Shown: positions 1 through 10,067, counted from the first letter of the stretch. The stretch is 64,000 bases of DNA from a bacterium UBP13_UBA5359 (GCA_002410925.1 DHPR01000013.1:76995-140994), one strand, 5' to 3'. A program made the numbers and translations. The notes: generated by a model not told the origin, from the letters alone.

Positions 1-474
1 CTGGCCATGTATGCTCAGGACTGGGATGATTATCTCTATCCCGCCGCAAGATCGGGCAACTGGAAGGATATGCTGGTGGATTGTAACACCGGCAAGGGAT
101 ATGTGCCCGATGGAGTCTGGAGATGCCCCAGTGATCCTGATCCCACAGCATGGCAGAAGATAAATTACAGCTATGCGATTTCATATTACGCGCTTTTTGA
201 TACTCCGCCCTGGACGTCCATATGGGGAGGTGGCTTCTCCAGCGAAACAGCCGTCGTCCTCGACTGTATCAATTCTATTGGCGCAGTTTATCCTAATACG
301 CCGGCAAGGGTATCCGATCGTCACAGCGAGGGAGCGAATATTCTCTTCAAGGATGGCCATGTCAAGTGGATGCGTTATACCAGCATACCTGGATATCGCT
401 ATCACAAGTTCTGGGGCTGTGACAAAAATATCGTTCCCGAGGGCGGTCTGAAATACTGGCCGGAATACAACTGA
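1..474 (+). CDS. Prepilin-type DUF1559-like protein with H-X9-DG C-terminal motif (5'-truncated by window edge)
   Basis: MYAQDWDD..., CPSD, SYA, HSEGANILFKDGHVKW motifs; paralogous to 11646-12380; frame open to window start. Confidence 0.85.
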   Translation: MAMYAQDWDDYLYPAARSGNWKDMLVDCNTGKGYVPDGVWRCPSDPDPTAWQKINYSYAISYYALFDTPPWTSIWGGGFSSETAVVLDCINSIGAVYPNTPARVSDRHSEGANILFKDGHVKWMRYTSIPGYRYHKFWGCDKNIVPEGGLKYWPEYN

Positions 475-522
475 TCTACCAATAATATTTTAGGATAATA
501 TTTTAGGAGCGTGTAACAGGAA

Positions 523-1713
523 ATGAAGATTGGCTTTATAGGCTGTGGCAGGCGAGCGGCGGTCTTTGCGCGTGAATTGAAAAAGGTGACGAAGGGGAGG
601 GTGGAGTATGCTGCCCTGGCCGACAGCAACTTGGCCTTCGGAGAACGTTTCAAGGGTATTTATTGTGAGAAGGATACGCCGCTCTATGAAGATTATCATG
701 AGATGCTGGAGAGGCACACTGACCTCGATGGAGTGATCATATCCTCTCCGCAGGATACGCATGAGGATGCCGCTCTGGCCGCTCTAAAGAGCGGCGCTCA
801 TATTCTGCTGGAAAAGCCTCTGGCCACCACCCCGCAAGCTTGCATCAATATTCTGGAGGCAGAGAGGCGCATCGGCAAAAGGATCACTCTGGGCTTCGTG
901 CTGCGTTATACACCTTTTTATCGCAAGGTGAAGGAACTGGTAAATATGGGTCTTTGCGGCGATATACTGACCGGCAATGCCGAGGAGATCGTCAATCCCG
1001 GCGTTACCAGAAGCATGACGAGCACCTGGCGGCGCAAGCAGGAGCATGCCGGGGACATGCTTTTAGAGAAGTGTTGTCACGATCTGGATATAATCACCTG
1101 GCTTATGGGCAAGCTGCCCATAAGCGTCAATTCCTACGGCAACCTGAAGGCTTTTCGCAAAAAGGATGGCGCCGGGCCTCGCTGCAGCAGTTGTCGCATA
1201 GCCTCACGATGCACATATTATGTGGATATAAGCAGAGATGATCCTGCTTATGTTCGTACGACCTATGATGAATGCGTTTATGATGGCGGCATGGAGACCT
1301 GCGATCATCAAGTCGTCAGCCTGGAATATGAGGATGGCGCTCTCTTTAACTTTACGGTGACGCTGGGGGCGAGCATGTCATTGCGTACCATACGGCTTAT
1401 AGGCACAAGGGGCATGCTGCACGGCGGACCGATCTCCAACAGGATAGATGCGGCGGTCACCATGCCTTGCTCGGAAAAATGTGTTACCAACACCTATGAT
1501 ATTATCGGCAACAATGGAGGGCACTACGGTGGAGACGAGGCGCTTTGCCGTTCCTTCATAGCGGCTGTAAAGGGAGGCAACGGCATGCCCGTGGCCAGTG
1601 TGGAGGATGGTTTGCACAGTAGCATGATCGCCTTTGCCGCGGAAAGGTCACGTCTTGAAGGCAGGCGTGTGGACCTGGTGCGGTTTTATGAAGAGTTTGG
1701 CCTGAAGATATAG
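523..1713 (+). CDS. Gfo/Idh/MocA family oxidoreductase
   Basis: N-terminal GFIGCGRR Rossmann motif, LLEKPLA, EKCCHDLD, GGHYGGD. Confidence 0.92.
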   Translation: MKIGFIGCGRRAAVFARELKKVTKGRVEYAALADSNLAFGERFKGIYCEKDTPLYEDYHEMLERHTDLDGVIISSPQDTHEDAALAALKSGAHILLEKPLATTPQACINILEAERRIGKRITLGFVLRYTPFYRKVKELVNMGLCGDILTGNAEEIVNPGVTRSMTSTWRRKQEHAGDMLLEKCCHDLDIITWLMGKLPISVNSYGNLKAFRKKDGAGPRCSSCRIASRCTYYVDISRDDPAYVRTTYDECVYDGGMETCDHQVVSLEYEDGALFNFTVTLGASMSLRTIRLIGTRGMLHGGPISNRIDAAVTMPCSEKCVTNTYDIIGNNGGHYGGDEALCRSFIAAVKGGNGMPVASVEDGLHSSMIAFAAERSRLEGRRVDLVRFYEEFGLKI

Positions 1714-1768
1714 GTAAATATAAGGAAGGTCGTGGATGTTGCGGCATCCCGGTATCAGGAGGTATCGT

Positions 1769-4024
1769 ATGATCGACAAAAAGTGGGTAGTATATGTTGC
1801 TTCTATGTTCTTTGCGTTCTTTATTGCCTCTCCAGGGGGGAGCTGTGCGGAAGAGAATAATGCCAGGATAATCAGGGAGCTGTCCGACGGCAGCAGAGTT
1901 ATGCTGGTGCAGAAGCTGCCGCGCTTTTCCTTCAGCAGTCCCAATGCCGAATCGGCTGCCAGGGTCTTTGCCGCCGATCTGGAAAGTCTTTCCGATAAAC
2001 TTCCTTTCAATACACTGGTTAGTAGCACTGCTTGGTATCCTTTGAACGGTTCGCTGAGCGACACCGGCTGGAAGCACAAGGCTGACATTATGAACGCCTG
2101 CCTGAAGGAGCTGCATGACAGAGGCAAGGTGGCTCTGGTCTATTTTGAGGAAAAGGATATAATTGAATTTACCAAATCCGCTCTGGGAGACTGGAGTGAA
2201 GATGAAATGCGTCTCAGCGTCGACGGTAAACGGCGCTTTAAAGATATATGCTTCAACAATCCTAAAACCAGAGACCGGGGCAAACAGTTGCTGACAAAGC
2301 TCTTCTCCACGGTCAATATGGATGGTATCTATTTCGAGGAGCCGGGCTGGTTCGGCAGCGGTTTCTGCCATTGCCGTCATTGCCAGACAGCCTTCAAAGA
2401 GTATCTGCGCAAGAAGTACGGTACAGCTGTAGAGATAGAGCGTAAACTGGGCAAACCTCTGGCAGAGATACGCTCGGCCGGCAATGATGACAGGCTGGCG
2501 CAAAGAGAGCTATGGTATGAATGGTACCGTTTTTGCCAGCATTCCCTCGCCGATTTTCTGCAGGATCTCTCTCTTCATGCCCGCAGGGTCGCTCGGGAGA
2601 GATGGGGCAAAGAGATCATAACCACAGCCACGACGGGCTATGACGGGGCCATACATCCTTACGCGGGTGTTCGTCATACGGAGTTTCTGAGCGGCGGTGC
2701 CATGACAGGCATGTGCAATGCCTATTACTGGCAGGATTTCGACCGCAGAGGGGCGGCTCTCGGGGATATATCCTTCAAGCGCTATCATCTGCGGGTAAAA
2801 TTTTGCAAGGGCCAATCTTGCGACAAGCCGGTGTGGTTCTATGTGATAGGCAAGAATGAACCGGGATGGGCCTACGAAACCGGCATTTATGATGCCATTC
2901 TGGCCGGATGCAACGGTTTTTTCCCTTATGCCCAGTCCGCAGAGGTGGCCGACGGCTATAAGCGGGCTGCGGATTTCATCGAACGCAACATGGATGCTAT
3001 TGGCGGACAAATGCCCTATGCCGAAGTGGCCGTTCTAAATTCATATGAGCAGACCTCCTTCAGCAGCTTCGGCCTGCAATCCCCGGGAGCATATGATTAT
3101 GTTTGTCGCCATATATTCCCCACCTTTTACGCCTTTTCCGATGCTCATATACCGGTAAATTATATTACCGGTTTCGATTTGCGGGAACTGACAAAATACA
3201 AAACGCTGGTAGTCGATGAAATAAAGAATATGAGTGCGGAGGATATCCGAACGTTGAAAGACTGGGTGCTAAAGGGCGGCAACCTGGTAGCCATGGGTTT
3301 TCTCGGCGGCAGAGATATTTACGAGAGAGATTATCCGCAGTATCCTCTGGCAGAGCTGTTGGGGATAGAGGGAGCCCCGGTATCTATAAAGGCCTCTCAT
3401 CTGAAGAGAGAGGGTGGGGCTGTTATTGATTATGGACGATATCTGCCTGTAGGATATTTTGGACCGAAAATGCTTCTTTGCCGAGATGCCTATGGCTTCT
3501 CCCCCAGGGCAGGTGTATCGGTTTTAGCGCGATGGAATGACGGGCAGCCCGCCGTTATCTCCCATAATTACGGCAAGGGGCGAGTGATTTATAGTGGTGC
3601 TTTCTTTCATTTCCTTGAAGGTAAAGAGGCGACGGCTATGGTAAAGGGAATATTCAGAGAATTGCTGGGCGGGCTGCCTTTGGAGAGCAGTCTGCCTTCT
3701 CGGGTGGATTTCAACACTTGCCTCAACGGCAGCAAATTTCTGGTATATCTTCTCAATCTTGAGGAGGTTCGCCTTAAGGATATCGCTTCAGGCAGCCTGA
3801 TGGAAGAGAATGTTGCCGCTGTGAAGAAGCCCGTTCCTTTGAAGCTGTCGAACCTGAAAGTCAAGCTGCCGTCGGGATTCATTCCGCAGGCATGCTATAT
3901 CAGCACGCCGGAGGGCGCCGGAAGAGAGAGAATAGCCTTCAAGAAGGAAGGAGATTATCTTGTTATATCGCTGCCCGAATTACGGGAACTGATAATGCTG
4001 ACGATTGAGGGAGGCAGAAAATGA
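1769..4024 (+). CDS. Secreted GH42-like glycoside hydrolase with beta-galactosidase trimerisation domain
   Basis: Signal peptide, CFNNP, FCHCRHC Cys cluster, AF..YL..KYG, C-terminal WV..GGNLV and HNYGKGRVIY; start moved to ATG after AGGAGG. Confidence 0.7.
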   Translation: MIDKKWVVYVASMFFAFFIASPGGSCAEENNARIIRELSDGSRVMLVQKLPRFSFSSPNAESAARVFAADLESLSDKLPFNTLVSSTAWYPLNGSLSDTGWKHKADIMNACLKELHDRGKVALVYFEEKDIIEFTKSALGDWSEDEMRLSVDGKRRFKDICFNNPKTRDRGKQLLTKLFSTVNMDGIYFEEPGWFGSGFCHCRHCQTAFKEYLRKKYGTAVEIERKLGKPLAEIRSAGNDDRLAQRELWYEWYRFCQHSLADFLQDLSLHARRVARERWGKEIITTATTGYDGAIHPYAGVRHTEFLSGGAMTGMCNAYYWQDFDRRGAALGDISFKRYHLRVKFCKGQSCDKPVWFYVIGKNEPGWAYETGIYDAILAGCNGFFPYAQSAEVADGYKRAADFIERNMDAIGGQMPYAEVAVLNSYEQTSFSSFGLQSPGAYDYVCRHIFPTFYAFSDAHIPVNYITGFDLRELTKYKTLVVDEIKNMSAEDIRTLKDWVLKGGNLVAMGFLGGRDIYERDYPQYPLAELLGIEGAPVSIKASHLKREGGAVIDYGRYLPVGYFGPKMLLCRDAYGFSPRAGVSVLARWNDGQPAVISHNYGKGRVIYSGAFFHFLEGKEATAMVKGIFRELLGGLPLESSLPSRVDFNTCLNGSKFLVYLLNLEEVRLKDIASGSLMEENVAAVKKPVPLKLSNLKVKLPSGFIPQACYISTPEGAGRERIAFKKEGDYLVISLPELRELIMLTIEGGRK

Positions 4025-4821
4025 TGCTGCGTTTTTGCAAGAATGTCCTGTATCTTATGGCGGTCATGCTGGTTGCGACGGGAACGGCCGACGCGGAAAC
4101 CCCATTTGCTCGGCAGCCAGGCGGAGAGGCGGAGATAGCGCTTTTCGAAACCTGTCAGAGCTATCCTCGTTTAAACGGCCGCCTTCTCGATGCCTGCGGT
4201 TTGAAATTCGATTATTTCGAGATAACGGCTATGACCGATGTTTCGCTTGAAGGCTATCGGGTGGTGATCATCGGTGAATCGTGGCTGCGCAATCTCGATA
4301 TGTCCGCTTTGAAGAAGAGCCGCGCGAAGATCGAGAAATATCTCGCCGGGGGCGGCAGAATCGCCGCCTTCAGGAATGGTTTGGACCCCAATGCCTGGCT
4401 GCCACAAGAGCTGAAGGTGAAGAGGGATGCAAGGGAACTGAGAATGCCGGTAATCCTACGGAAGGAGCATCCCGTCTTCAATGCCAGGCACTCTATTGCA
4501 GAGGATAAATTCGGTTTTTACGATCCTCCGCTGAAACATCCCATATCTTCTCTTAAGGCTCTCTGTTGGGGAGGGTCGATCATCAATCCCTTTATCAATC
4601 TTTCGCCCGACTGGACACCTCTGGTAATGGGCACAGTAGAGAAGGAGGGGCTTTCTGAAAGCGATTATAAGGGATATGCTCTTGTAGAGGCATCCTACGG
4701 CAGCAAAGGCGGCAGGATTCTTCTTTGTGAGATGATACCGGTCTTCTCCGCTGTTGAACGCCGTTCGGATACAGGAAAGGCCTTTGTGGAGAATATGCTG
4801 GCTTATTTATGTGGTGAATGA
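4021..4821 (+). CDS. Secreted hypothetical protein (possible class I glutamine amidotransferase-like fold)
   Basis: Signal peptide; YRVVIIG, YLAGGGRI, YGSKGGRILL; overlaps upstream stop. Confidence 0.6.
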   Translation: MMLRFCKNVLYLMAVMLVATGTADAETPFARQPGGEAEIALFETCQSYPRLNGRLLDACGLKFDYFEITAMTDVSLEGYRVVIIGESWLRNLDMSALKKSRAKIEKYLAGGGRIAAFRNGLDPNAWLPQELKVKRDARELRMPVILRKEHPVFNARHSIAEDKFGFYDPPLKHPISSLKALCWGGSIINPFINLSPDWTPLVMGTVEKEGLSESDYKGYALVEASYGSKGGRILLCEMIPVFSAVERRSDTGKAFVENMLAYLCGE

Positions 4822-4859
4822 ACCATTAATATATGATACGGTAATTCGGGAGGCAGGAA

Positions 4860-6005
4860 ATGAAGCTTAAAGTGGCTGTTATAGGAATGGGCGGCAGGGG
4901 ACTATTCTTTTGTGATGTCTTCAGTAACAATCCCCGTAGCGAGGTAGTGGCCGTTTGCGATCTCGACAGGAAGAGACTGGATGCTGTCAGAGAGTGTCTT
5001 GGCGCAAAAACTGCTTACTATCAGGATAGTTTACAGATGCTGTCGGAAACGGATATCGATGCCGTGGTCGTGGCTACCAACGATACCGACCATAAGGAGC
5101 CGGTGCTGCAAGTGTTGCAGGCTGGGCGTCACTGTCTGGTTGAAAAGCCTATGGCACAGAGCTTGGAGGACTGCGATGCTATGATAGCCGCCGCTGAAAA
5201 GGCCGGCAAGATTTTGGGAGTGGGTTTGGAGCTAAGATATTGCACACTCTTTCAGCAGATGAAGGAGATTATCGATAGAGGCGATATCGGAGAGATTAAG
5301 TTGGGCTGGGTCGTAGACAATGTTAGCGTGGGTTATACCTTCTTTCAAAGAAGGTTCAAACATCGCAGTTTCGCCAAGAGCCTTCTGTTGCAGAAAGGCA
5401 CTCATTCCATCGATCTTATGAACTGGTTTGTCGGCGGCAATCCCATCAGAGTTTACGGAACAGGTGGATTGGATTACTTTGGCGGAAAGGAATCGCCGGA
5501 AAAGACCTGTCCCAGCTGCATGGCAAGAAAGAGATGCCCTTACGCTCCCGCTGCGCTGGAGTACGAAGGGCATTGCGGAGTGACCCTGTCGAATCCCGTC
5601 TCCTGTGTCTTTACCAGCGATGTGGATGTTCATGATAATGCTATGCTCAATGTGCAATATGACAACGGCGTTCGTACCACCTATACGGAATGCCATTTCA
5701 CTCCGGAGTATAGTCGCGAGTTTACCTTTGTAGGTGACAAAGGCAAGATCTACGGCTATTACGAAAATACCAACTTCAAAATCAGAGTATCCCGCAGGCA
5801 CAAGGAGGTTGTTGAGGAGTATACGCCTCCCTTTATCGGTGGTAGCCACGGCGGCGGAGACAAAGGGATGATAGAGACCTTTATCGATGCCTGCCTGAAA
5901 GGGTCTGAGTTCATTATGGATGGTTTGGCTGGTAGAAACAGCGTAGCCGTCGGCCTGGCGGGAGATGAGAGCATTCGCACAGGCCGACCAGTGGATATAT
6001 GCTAG
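4860..6005 (+). CDS. Gfo/Idh/MocA family oxidoreductase
   Basis: VAVIGMGGRG, LVEKPMA, QKGTHSIDL, GSHGGGD; RBS GGAGG. Confidence 0.92.
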   Translation: MKLKVAVIGMGGRGLFFCDVFSNNPRSEVVAVCDLDRKRLDAVRECLGAKTAYYQDSLQMLSETDIDAVVVATNDTDHKEPVLQVLQAGRHCLVEKPMAQSLEDCDAMIAAAEKAGKILGVGLELRYCTLFQQMKEIIDRGDIGEIKLGWVVDNVSVGYTFFQRRFKHRSFAKSLLLQKGTHSIDLMNWFVGGNPIRVYGTGGLDYFGGKESPEKTCPSCMARKRCPYAPAALEYEGHCGVTLSNPVSCVFTSDVDVHDNAMLNVQYDNGVRTTYTECHFTPEYSREFTFVGDKGKIYGYYENTNFKIRVSRRHKEVVEEYTPPFIGGSHGGGDKGMIETFIDACLKGSEFIMDGLAGRNSVAVGLAGDESIRTGRPVDIC

Positions 6006-6017
6006 ATTATGGATCAT

Positions 6018-6059
6018 GGGGCCAGGAGTTTGCATTTAATCCCGCCTCTTCCTGGCCCT
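6018..6059 (+). repeat. REP-like end motif with short inverted arms
   Basis: GGGGCCAGGAGTTTGCATTTAA (6018-6039) matches element ends at 10155 and 20064; GGGCCAGGA (6019-6027) pairs with TCCTGGCCC (6050-6058). Confidence 0.75.
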
Positions 6060-6090
6060 GCTTGCTGTTTACCGCCCCTCCTGCTGTTTA

Positions 6091-6136
6091 TTGACATACG
6101 CCTGGTACCATAGTAAGCTTGTTTAATAATAAGCTT
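6091..6136 (+). promoter_or_regulatory. Sigma70-type promoter with overlapping palindrome upstream of nfeD
   Basis: TTGACA-17-TAAGCT; AAGCTTGTT...AATAAGCTT imperfect inverted repeat at 6115-6136. Confidence 0.5.
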
Positions 6137-6183
6137 GCAACTGATTCTTTTTTGATTAAAACAAAGCTCAGAAGAGGCGCGGT

Positions 6184-6753
6184 ATGGGAAATGCATTTTC
6201 GGATTTTAACGCTCTGGAGTATTTCTTTTTGGTCTGTGCCATCATCGGCGGTTTCTTCGTCCTGATCAGGCTGATCATGTTGATGATGGGCGGGGATACG
6301 GATATCGACAGCGGTATCGATATCGATGTCGCGCATGTTGACTCTGACGTAGGCTTTCATTTCTTCTCGCTGCACGGGCTTAGCTCCTTCTTCGTCATGT
6401 TCGGCCTGGTCGGCCTGGCCCTTTACCGGCAAAGCCGGGTCGGGGCGGCGGTATCCGTTGCCGGGGCGGTAGTCGCCGGGCTAGTGACGGTATGGGTCAT
6501 CATTAGAATCTTCCAGTGGGCGGCAAGTCTGCAATCAAGCGGTAATATAAGCATAGAGGATGCCGTCGGCAGCACGGGTACCGTTTATCTCAGCATTCCG
6601 CCGGAAGGCATCGGCAGGGTTACTATCAACCTCAGCAACCACTTGAGAGAATTCGATGCCATGGAGAAAGACGGCCTGGAGCTGGCGACCGGCAACCCGG
6701 TTCGCGTGGTCAAGGTCAACGCCAATGTTCTCATCGTCGAATCCATAAAATAA
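6184..6753 (+). CDS. NfeD-like membrane protein
   Basis: Hydrophobic helices, D-rich loop, C-terminal OB-like GSTGTVYLSIP..G.GRV; precedes flotillin. Confidence 0.88.
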   Translation: MGNAFSDFNALEYFFLVCAIIGGFFVLIRLIMLMMGGDTDIDSGIDIDVAHVDSDVGFHFFSLHGLSSFFVMFGLVGLALYRQSRVGAAVSVAGAVVAGLVTVWVIIRIFQWAASLQSSGNISIEDAVGSTGTVYLSIPPEGIGRVTINLSNHLREFDAMEKDGLELATGNPVRVVKVNANVLIVESIK

Positions 6754-6773
6754 AAAGAAAGCAGGAATTTGCC

Positions 6774-8204
6774 ATGTTCGATTTCTGGTCACTCCCTGTA
6801 GTAGTTTTTCTTGTCCTGGTAGTCACGACTATTCTCTTTCTGGCTTCTCGCTACAAACGCTGTCCCTCGGATAAAATCCTGGTAATCTACGGCAAAGTCG
6901 GCAGGGGACAGACCGCCAACTGTATTCATGGCGGAGGCGCCCTGATCTGGCCGCTGATTCAGGATTACTCTTATATGAGCCTGACCCCGATGACTATCAA
7001 TATCCCTCTGCAGAAAGCCCTCTCCATGCAGAATATCCGCATCAACGTTCCCTCCACCTTCACCGTGGGCATCGGCACAGAGCCGGAGATAATGACCGCC
7101 GCGGCCGAGCGCCTGCTCAACCTCACGCAGGTACAGATAGAGGGGATGGCCAGAGAGATTATCTTCGGACAGTTAAGGCTGACGGTAGCGTCGCTGACCA
7201 TCGAGGAGATCAATCAGGATCGTGAAAGATTTCTGGAGTCGATCAGGAAGAATGTCGCCCCTGAGCTGAACAAGATCGGTCTCTTCCTAATCAACGTCAA
7301 TATAACCGATATCACCGATGAATCCGGATATATTGATTCCATCGGCAAGAAGGCCGCCTCCGAGGCCATCAACCAGGCTAAGGTAGATGTGGCCGAGCAG
7401 GAAAAGATGGGCTCCATCGGCGAAGCCGTGGCTACCAAGGAGAGAGAGATCCGGGTGGCTGAGAATGTGGCCGAGTCGGAGAAGGGCAAGAAGAAGGCTG
7501 AGGCTGACCGGCGCATTGTGATCCATCAGCAGGAGGCACAGGCGGTAGACGGCGAAAATCAGGCCAAAGCTGCCATCGCCGATACCAATGCCGAACTGGC
7601 GGTGAAGCAAGCTCAGGCCATGCAACGCGGCGAAGTCGCCAGGCGCAAGGCCGAGGTGGAGATACAGAAGGTCCAATACCTGGCCGAGCAGGAGCGGCTC
7701 AACGCCGCTGAAGTGGTTCGGCAGGAGATAGATAAGAGAAAGATCGAGATAGCAGCCGAGGCGGAAGCGGAGAAAATACGCCGTGAAGCTAAAGGAGAGG
7801 CCGATGCCATTCTCCTTAAATACCAGGCCGAAGCTGAGGGCGTGCGCAAAGTGCTTGAAAGCAAGGCCGTCGGCTATTTGGAACTGGTCAAAGGTTGTAA
7901 CGGCGACGCCAAAGCGGCAGCCACCCTGCTCATGACCGAGAAGATCGAGCAGATAGTGCAGTTGCAGGTGGAGGCTATCCGCAATATCAAAATTGATAAG
8001 GTCACCGTCTGGGATTCTGCCGGCGGCGGCAAGGACGGCACCGCTACCTCCAACTTTCTTTCCGGGCTGATCAAGAGCCTGCCGCCGCTGCATGATGTAG
8101 CCGGCATGGCCGGAATAGATCTACCGAAGTATTTAGGGGAGATGTCCTCCGAAGAGACAGCTACGGATGGAACGGCGGTCTCGGTTGCCGACGAGACTCC
8201 GTAG
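6774..8204 (+). CDS. Flotillin / SPFH domain protein
   Basis: N-terminal TM, RYKRCPSDKILVIYGK, SPFH domain, AEAEAE coiled coil, IKIDKVTVWD. Confidence 0.93.
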   Translation: MFDFWSLPVVVFLVLVVTTILFLASRYKRCPSDKILVIYGKVGRGQTANCIHGGGALIWPLIQDYSYMSLTPMTINIPLQKALSMQNIRINVPSTFTVGIGTEPEIMTAAAERLLNLTQVQIEGMAREIIFGQLRLTVASLTIEEINQDRERFLESIRKNVAPELNKIGLFLINVNITDITDESGYIDSIGKKAASEAINQAKVDVAEQEKMGSIGEAVATKEREIRVAENVAESEKGKKKAEADRRIVIHQQEAQAVDGENQAKAAIADTNAELAVKQAQAMQRGEVARRKAEVEIQKVQYLAEQERLNAAEVVRQEIDKRKIEIAAEAEAEKIRREAKGEADAILLKYQAEAEGVRKVLESKAVGYLELVKGCNGDAKAAATLLMTEKIEQIVQLQVEAIRNIKIDKVTVWDSAGGGKDGTATSNFLSGLIKSLPPLHDVAGMAGIDLPKYLGEMSSEETATDGTAVSVADETP

Positions 8205-8226
8205 AGACATTAGGGATAGGGGGTAT

Positions 8227-8250
8227 GGGGTCAACTCTTTACACTTGACA
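8227..8250 (+). repeat. Divergent copy of REP-like end motif
   Basis: GGGGTCAACTCTTTACACTTGACA; 16/24 identical ungapped to 20064-20087. Confidence 0.5.
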
Positions 8251-8560
8251 AAACATTCTGCCAGAGCCGCCAACTGCTTGCATCCTGGGCGGGAGTATGC
8301 CCCGGGAAGAACGAAAGTGCCGACAAGCGTAAGAGTGAGAAGGCGAACAAGGGCAATATGCATCTGAGAGCCACTCTTGTGGAATGTGCTCAGGCGATCA
8401 GGTATACGAAAGGGAGATATCTGGAGCACAGTGTAGCCGGATTGCAGCCAGGCGAGACAGCAAACGTGCTAAGGTGGCAATTATGCACACGGTGTTGGTA
8501 ATTATCTGCCATATGCTCAAGGAAGGGAGGTTATACCAGGATCTTGATGGTGACTACGTT
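8251..8560 (+). pseudogene. IS110-family transposase remnant (C-terminal part, frameshifted)
   Basis: From 8277 reads LASWAGVCPGKNESADKRKSEKANKGNMHLRATLVECAQ, then after a frameshift GAQCSRIAARRDSKRAKVAIMHTVLVIICHMLKEGRLYQDLDGDY; typical IS110 C-terminus; no N-terminal DEDD domain. Confidence 0.88.
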
Positions 8561-10035
8561 CTTTTGCGGAGCACCTTGCTCGGGCCTGGCTTGCCCATCT
8601 GTATCAGCGGCAGTATGTCGTCCTTCTCAGCAGCCACCAGAACCTTGTCGTCTACCTGGAGCAGCGTGCCTCCGTTGGGGACAAAGATCTCTTCCTTTCT
8701 GGCGACAAGGATAAAGAGAATACGCTGTGGAAGGTTTAGATCGACAATTCGCTTGTTTGCCAAAGCGGATCCCCCGGCGATGTGTATTTCCGTTAACCAG
8801 TTTTTTATGTTCGATATAAGCATCGATTTTGGCGCGGGCATATCTCGTTTGTTAAGATGGAGAAGCTTGGCCAGAAAGGGTATGGAAGTTCCCTGCAGCA
8901 ATGCAGAGGTAACCACAATAAAAAAGACGATATTAAAGATTCTGCCTGCTTCAGGAATGCCTGCAAGAAGCGGAAAGGTAGCCAGGATAATCGGCACTGC
9001 ACCTCTCAATCCAACCCAAGAGACGAACAGCTTCTCACCCGGCGGCATCCTGGAGAGAGATAGCGATAAAAAGACGCTGAGAGGGCGGCCAACAAGCATC
9101 AGAAAAACCGATATCAGCAGGCCTGCTTTGGCAATCTGAAGGAGCTGCGACGGAAAAACCTGCAAGCCCAGCGTGACAAACATCGTTATCTGCATCAACC
9201 AGGCAAGGCCATCATGAAAACTGAAAAGGCTTCTCTTATGCAGTATCTCGGAATTCCCCAAAACCATGCCGGCAATATAAACCGCTAAAAAGGCGTTGCC
9301 GCCAGACAGGACGCTCGATCCGTAGCAGAGCAGCAGAAGAGAGATTGTCAATACGGGATAAAGACCTTCATATCCTAGGCGCAGCTTGTTGACAAGGAAG
9401 ATACTGGCTTTGCCGAAAAAATAACCGATGATACCGCCTATCAGCATTTGAACTATCAACGAAGGGATAAGGCTTGTGAAAGATGCGCCACGACCGGCAA
9501 TGATGGCTATCAAACCCGTAGTTAGAAAGACCGCCATAGGATCGTTGCTGCCCGACTCAAACTCCAGAAGAGATTTCAGATGATCTTTCAACTTCACTTT
9601 TCTGGACCTGAGCACAGCAAAAACCGCTGCTGCATCCGTTGATGACACTATTGCGCCAATAAGCATGCTTTCAATAAGGGATATACCGAGAATGTAGTGA
9701 GCAAAGAGCCCCGTAAACACGGCGGTAAGGGTGACACCGATAGTCGACAGGGCCAGACCCTTCCAGAATACCGGCTTTATATCGCTGAACTTTGTATCGA
9801 GGCCGCCGGCAAAGAGGATGAATGCCAGGGCAAAAACACCGAGCGTTTGCGCCAGGTTGGGATAATCGAAGTGAAGGCCCCCCAGGCCTTCCGAGCCGGC
9901 AAGTATTCCTATTGCCAGGAATAGTAAGAGCGCAGGCACACCGAGCTTATCGGAAGCCTTGCTGGCGATTATTCCAGATAATAAAAGCCCTGCAACTCCG
10001 ATTAATATATATGCGAATGAATTCACGTTCTCCAT
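8554..10035 (-). CDS. cvrA: K+/H+ antiporter NhaP2/CvrA (CPA1 with TrkA-C domain)
   Basis: GVPALLLFLAIG, STDAAAVF, LEFESGSNDPMAV, WVGLRGAVPIILA, C-terminal TrkA-C; start at MENVNSF after AGAGGG. Confidence 0.92.
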   Translation of the reverse strand: MENVNSFAYILIGVAGLLLSGIIASKASDKLGVPALLLFLAIGILAGSEGLGGLHFDYPNLAQTLGVFALAFILFAGGLDTKFSDIKPVFWKGLALSTIGVTLTAVFTGLFAHYILGISLIESMLIGAIVSSTDAAAVFAVLRSRKVKLKDHLKSLLEFESGSNDPMAVFLTTGLIAIIAGRGASFTSLIPSLIVQMLIGGIIGYFFGKASIFLVNKLRLGYEGLYPVLTISLLLLCYGSSVLSGGNAFLAVYIAGMVLGNSEILHKRSLFSFHDGLAWLMQITMFVTLGLQVFPSQLLQIAKAGLLISVFLMLVGRPLSVFLSLSLSRMPPGEKLFVSWVGLRGAVPIILATFPLLAGIPEAGRIFNIVFFIVVTSALLQGTSIPFLAKLLHLNKRDMPAPKSMLISNIKNWLTEIHIAGGSALANKRIVDLNLPQRILFILVARKEEIFVPNGGTLLQVDDKVLVAAEKDDILPLIQMGKPGPSKVLRKRT

Positions 10036-10067
10036 ATACCCTCTGTGAAAAATAATTCGAAAATTTC

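Noticed and set aside
1556-2503. 315-aa minus-strand ORF and other long antisense ORFs (5232-6035, 7287-8093, 37044-37658, 45551-46147, 60675-61325)
   Set aside because: Shadows of well-supported genes on the opposite strand with no recognisable motifs
8384-9139. 251-aa plus-strand ORF
   Set aside because: Chimera of the IS110 remnant and antisense read-through of cvrA
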